Below are positions 61,086 through 64,000 of a DNA stretch of 64,000 nucleotides, piece after piece; the first letter of the stretch is position 1, and each line of letters begins with the position of its first letter. A model generated the notes under the pieces. That model did not search any database. It was not told where the DNA came from and saw only the letters and a list, made by a program, of their open reading frames with translations. The stretch comes from Phycisphaerae bacterium. GTDB lineage: Bacteria > Planctomycetota > Phycisphaerae > SM23-33. The translations under genes were made by a program, and so were the position numbers. The stretch spans positions 6,781-70,780 of the forward strand of contig PUND01000134.1 of assembly GCA_003551645.1 (NCBI GenBank), in the 5' to 3' direction.

Positions 61086-61130
61086 TTTTCGGCTCCCGCC
61101 GGCCTGCCCGCCTCGGGCGGGCGGCGTCGG

Positions 61131-63197
61131 CTATTCCTCTTCCTGCTCTGTCTTTTTCGACTGCTCGATAACCTGCTGCTGTACGTTGCCGGGGACCGGC
61201 TCGTAATGGCTGAACTCCATGGTGTAGCTGCCCTGCCCGCCGGTTATTGAACGAAGCTGACTGTTGTACTGCATCACTTCCGACAGCGGGGCGGTGGCCC
61301 TGACCACGCACATATTGCCCGGCAGCATGTCCTGGCCGCTGATGCGGCCTCGCCGGCCGGAAAGGTCGCTGGCAATGTCGCCCATGTGTTCCGCCGGGGT
61401 GGTAACCTCCAGCTCGACCATCGGCTCAAGGAGCGTGGGCTTGGCCTTTTGCACCGCGTCGAGGAAAGCGTATTTGCCGGCCGACTTGAACGCCACCTCC
61501 TTGGAATCCACAGGGTGGTGTTTGCCGTCGTAGATGCTGACGCGCACATCCTGCATCGGATACCCGGCGATCGCGCCGTTCTGCATGACCTCCTGGACGC
61601 CCTTTTCGATCGCCGGCAGGAACTGACGCGGGATCGACTCGCCGAACAGGTCGTTGACGAAGTCGAATCCCTCGCCGCGCTCAAGCGGCTCGACGCGGAG
61701 GAACACCTCGCCGAACTGACCGGCCCCGCCGGTCTGCTTCTTGTGGCGGTGATGGCCCTCGGCCTTGGCGGTGATGGTTTCGCGGTAGGGGATCTTCGGC
61801 GGCTTGGTCTCGACCTCAAGCTCGAACCGCGATGACATCTTTGTAAGCATAATCCGCAGGTGCAGGTCGCCTATGCCGCTGATGACCGTCTCGTTGGTCT
61901 GGGCGTCGCGGGTGGTAGTGAAGGTCGGATCCTCTTCGGATAGCCGGTGCAGCGCCTGGGATATCTTCTGCTCGTCGCCGCGGCTCTTGGGCATCACGGC
62001 CATCGAGAACATCGGCGTCGGTGTGGGCAGCATCGGGCGGAACACCGGCTGGGGCTGCTCGTGCAGCACATCGCCAGTCTCTATCTCCTCGACCTTCGAA
62101 AGCGCGACGATATCGCCGGCGACGGCCTTAGATATCTCGTCCGTCTGCTTGCACTGGACCTTGAATGGGTGCGAGAGTTTCATAGCCCGCCGGTCGTCCC
62201 GCAGACAGAAGCTGGTCTCCGGCGTTACCGTGCCCTGGAGTATGCGTATCCAGCTCATCTTGCCCACGTAGGGGTCGGCGGTGATCTTGAACGCCTGGCC
62301 GACGAACGGCTTGTCGGCATCGGCCGAGAGCGGGATTTCCTCCGCCGGCTGCTCTTCGGTGGATTCGGCGGCCGACCGGGCCGGCTTCAGCGCAACGTCC
62401 GCCGGCGAGGGGAAGTAGTTCACTACCGCGTCCATAAACTCTTTGACGCCGACCTCGGACTCCGCGGCCGTGAACAGGATCGGGATCACCGTGCCGGCGA
62501 CCATCGCGCTGGCGAACGCCGATGAGAGCTTCTCGGCCGGTACGTCCTCGCCGCCGAGGTACGCCTCCATCAGCGCCTCGTCGGACTCGATGACGCTCTC
62601 GATAATCTGCATGTGGGCGTCCGCGACGTCGCCGAAGTCGGCCTCTCCCGACTCGTTGGCGAAGACGTCGATAACGCCCGACCCGCCGCCGGTGGGCAGA
62701 TTCAGCGGCTGGCACGCAGAGCCGAACGACTCCTGTATCTGCCCGATAAGTCCGGACAGGTCCACGTTCTCGCCGTCGATTCGGTTGACGATGATCGCCG
62801 CCGGCATCTGATTCTCGCGGGCCAGGTTCATCAGCCGTCGTGCGTTGACCTCTATGCCCGCGATTGCCGACATCACGACCACGGCGGTGTCCACGCCGCT
62901 TAGCGACGCGATCGCGCCGCCGATGAAGTCCGGGTAACCGGGCGTGTCGATGAAATTAATGTGCTTTCCGGAGTGCGCGAGGTACGTCAGCGTCGGGTCC
63001 ACCGAGTGCTGCCGTTCGCGCTCTATGGCTGTGTAGTCCAGCTCGCTGGTGCCGTCATCGACCGAGCCGAGCCGGCCGGTGACGCCCGCGGCGTGCAGCA
63101 TGGCCTCGCCGAGCGTGGTCTTGCCCGAGCCGCCGTGGCCGACCAGAGCGATATTCCTGATGTCCTGCGGTTTAGAAGCCGGCATTGTTAACTCCAA
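61131..63197 (-). CDS. Elongation factor G family translational GTPase, probably an EF-G2-like paralog.
   Basis: The G-domain motifs are IRNIALVGHGGSGKTT (G1), DTPGYPDF (G3) and NRID (G4), with EF-G domains II-V (...GHHRHKKQTGGAGQFGEV...). Length is 688 aa. It is not in an rpsL-rpsG-fusA context. Confidence 0.75.
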   Translation of the reverse strand: MELTMPASKPQDIRNIALVGHGGSGKTTLGEAMLHAAGVTGRLGSVDDGTSELDYTAIERERQHSVDPTLTYLAHSGKHINFIDTPGYPDFIGGAIASLSGVDTAVVVMSAIAGIEVNARRLMNLARENQMPAAIIVNRIDGENVDLSGLIGQIQESFGSACQPLNLPTGGGSGVIDVFANESGEADFGDVADAHMQIIESVIESDEALMEAYLGGEDVPAEKLSSAFASAMVAGTVIPILFTAAESEVGVKEFMDAVVNYFPSPADVALKPARSAAESTEEQPAEEIPLSADADKPFVGQAFKITADPYVGKMSWIRILQGTVTPETSFCLRDDRRAMKLSHPFKVQCKQTDEISKAVAGDIVALSKVEEIETGDVLHEQPQPVFRPMLPTPTPMFSMAVMPKSRGDEQKISQALHRLSEEDPTFTTTRDAQTNETVISGIGDLHLRIMLTKMSSRFELEVETKPPKIPYRETITAKAEGHHRHKKQTGGAGQFGEVFLRVEPLERGEGFDFVNDLFGESIPRQFLPAIEKGVQEVMQNGAIAGYPMQDVRVSIYDGKHHPVDSKEVAFKSAGKYAFLDAVQKAKPTLLEPMVELEVTTPAEHMGDIASDLSGRRGRISGQDMLPGNMCVVRATAPLSEVMQYNSQLRSITGGQGSYTMEFSHYEPVPGNVQQQVIEQSKKTEQEEE

Positions 63198-63441
63198 TGG
63201 GGTTCAATGAGTATGTGAAACCGGGCGATCCACGACGATGCACACGCCGCCGGGAACGCTTCGACTGCTCCCAAGGAAGCCGTACATCTTATCGGTTTTG
63301 GGTCTGCAGACAAGGGCATTTTTGCCGCGGTTTTCCCGGCTGGTCTTACCAGGGCACAGGTTACCGGTCCCAAACCCCAGCAGCCGTCCGGCGGGAGTGC
63401 CCGGCCGCAAGGCGTGACCGGCCGGGGCAGGGGCGCTCGGC

Positions 63442-64000
63442 TCAGAGGATCCATTTGGTCTTTATGTTTCGCAAGCTGACGGCGAACAGGACCGCGCAGA
63501 AGGCCGCCAGCATCCCGAAATCCAGCACCGCCGGCATCGTCCCCGCCCGGCGCACCGACTCGTGCAGAAGGTCCACCCCGTAGGTCAGCGGCATTGCGTA
63601 CGACACCGGCCGAAGCCAGACCGGCAGCCGCTCGATGGGAAAAAACAGCCCGCACAGAAACAGCATGGGGAAGCGGAAGAAGTTGGAGAACGTCTGGGCC
63701 TCGAAGACCTCGCTGACCGAGACGGCGATAAACAGTCCCAGGAACGTCGAGCTGAACGCTATCAGCACCACCGCCGGGATAAGCGTGCCCCAGGATACGA
63801 CCGACAGGTCCATCAGAAACGCCGCCATTATGACCGGCACGAAGGCGTTGGCCACGCCGAAGACAATCGCGCCGGTGGTCTTGGCCAGCATCAGCAGCTC
63901 AAGCGGTATCGGCGCCAGCAGCAGCCGCTCGAATGACCTGTGTTTCTTCTCGAACGTGACGGTTACGGCCAGCATGCTGGTAGTGCCGAAAAGGACCGAT
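63442..64000 (-). CDS. ABC-2 type transporter permease; the N-terminus runs off the window end.
   Basis: It is a multi-TM protein with an ABC-2 family pattern. The reading frame is open beyond 63975 to the window edge. Confidence 0.55.
   Translation of the reverse strand, partial: SVLFGTTSMLAVTVTFEKKHRSFERLLLAPIPLELLMLAKTTGAIVFGVANAFVPVIMAAFLMDLSVVSWGTLIPAVVLIAFSSTFLGLFIAVSVSEVFEAQTFSNFFRFPMLFLCGLFFPIERLPVWLRPVSYAMPLTYGVDLLHESVRRAGTMPAVLDFGMLAAFCAVLFAVSLRNIKTKWIL

Overview
This is a high-GC (~65-70%) bacterial chromosomal window. It most likely comes from a Planctomycetota-type genome, on the evidence of a DUF1559 'H-X9-DG' prepilin-type protein, a PEP-CTERM protein and a large Tad/Flp pilus locus. 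No database search could be run, so every call rests on motifs I can read in the ORF translations.

The window has three parts.

1. An accessory-looking segment (1-8.9 kb) that ends at a tRNA-Ser(GGA). It holds a partial giant vWA/zinc-ribbon protein and a 2.2-kb flavodoxin + PEP-CTERM cassette flanked by a perfect 36-bp direct repeat. The PEP-CTERM gene has textbook sigma70 -35/-10 elements, a GGAGG Shine-Dalgarno and a bidirectional intrinsic terminator. Next comes a small Shine-Dalgarno-led ORF beside a truncated ThiF/E1-like fragment. The segment closes with an 879-aa PPDK_N (PEP/pyruvate-binding) protein carrying an odd N-terminal domain, co-operonic with an 85-aa Trp-rich protein.

2. 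A 16-kb Tad/Flp pilus locus (9.3-25.1 kb). It has two CpaF-type ATPases, one of them fused to an N-terminal FHA domain. It also has two Flp pilins, the CpaA prepilin peptidase, TadE-like and TadG-like pseudopilins, CpaB, TadB and TadC. An embedded Hanks-type Ser/Thr kinase and a separate FHA-domain membrane protein are present. No secretin and no TadZ/CpaE gene is in the window. This points to a phospho-Thr (kinase to FHA) controlled pilus.

3. Housekeeping and metabolic genes (25-64 kb). The clear calls are a GH3 glycosidase, a DUF1559 protein, dnaK, an HtrA protease, glycerate kinase, lysA, nadE, aspartate aminotransferase, gatCAB, infA, asnS, rpmB, an EF-G family paralog and a partial ABC-2 permease. 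Two TPR proteins, a SPOR-domain lipoprotein, a MOP-type flippase and a DUF1638 protein also sit here.

Many long antisense ORFs in the six-frame track are treated as high-GC artefacts.
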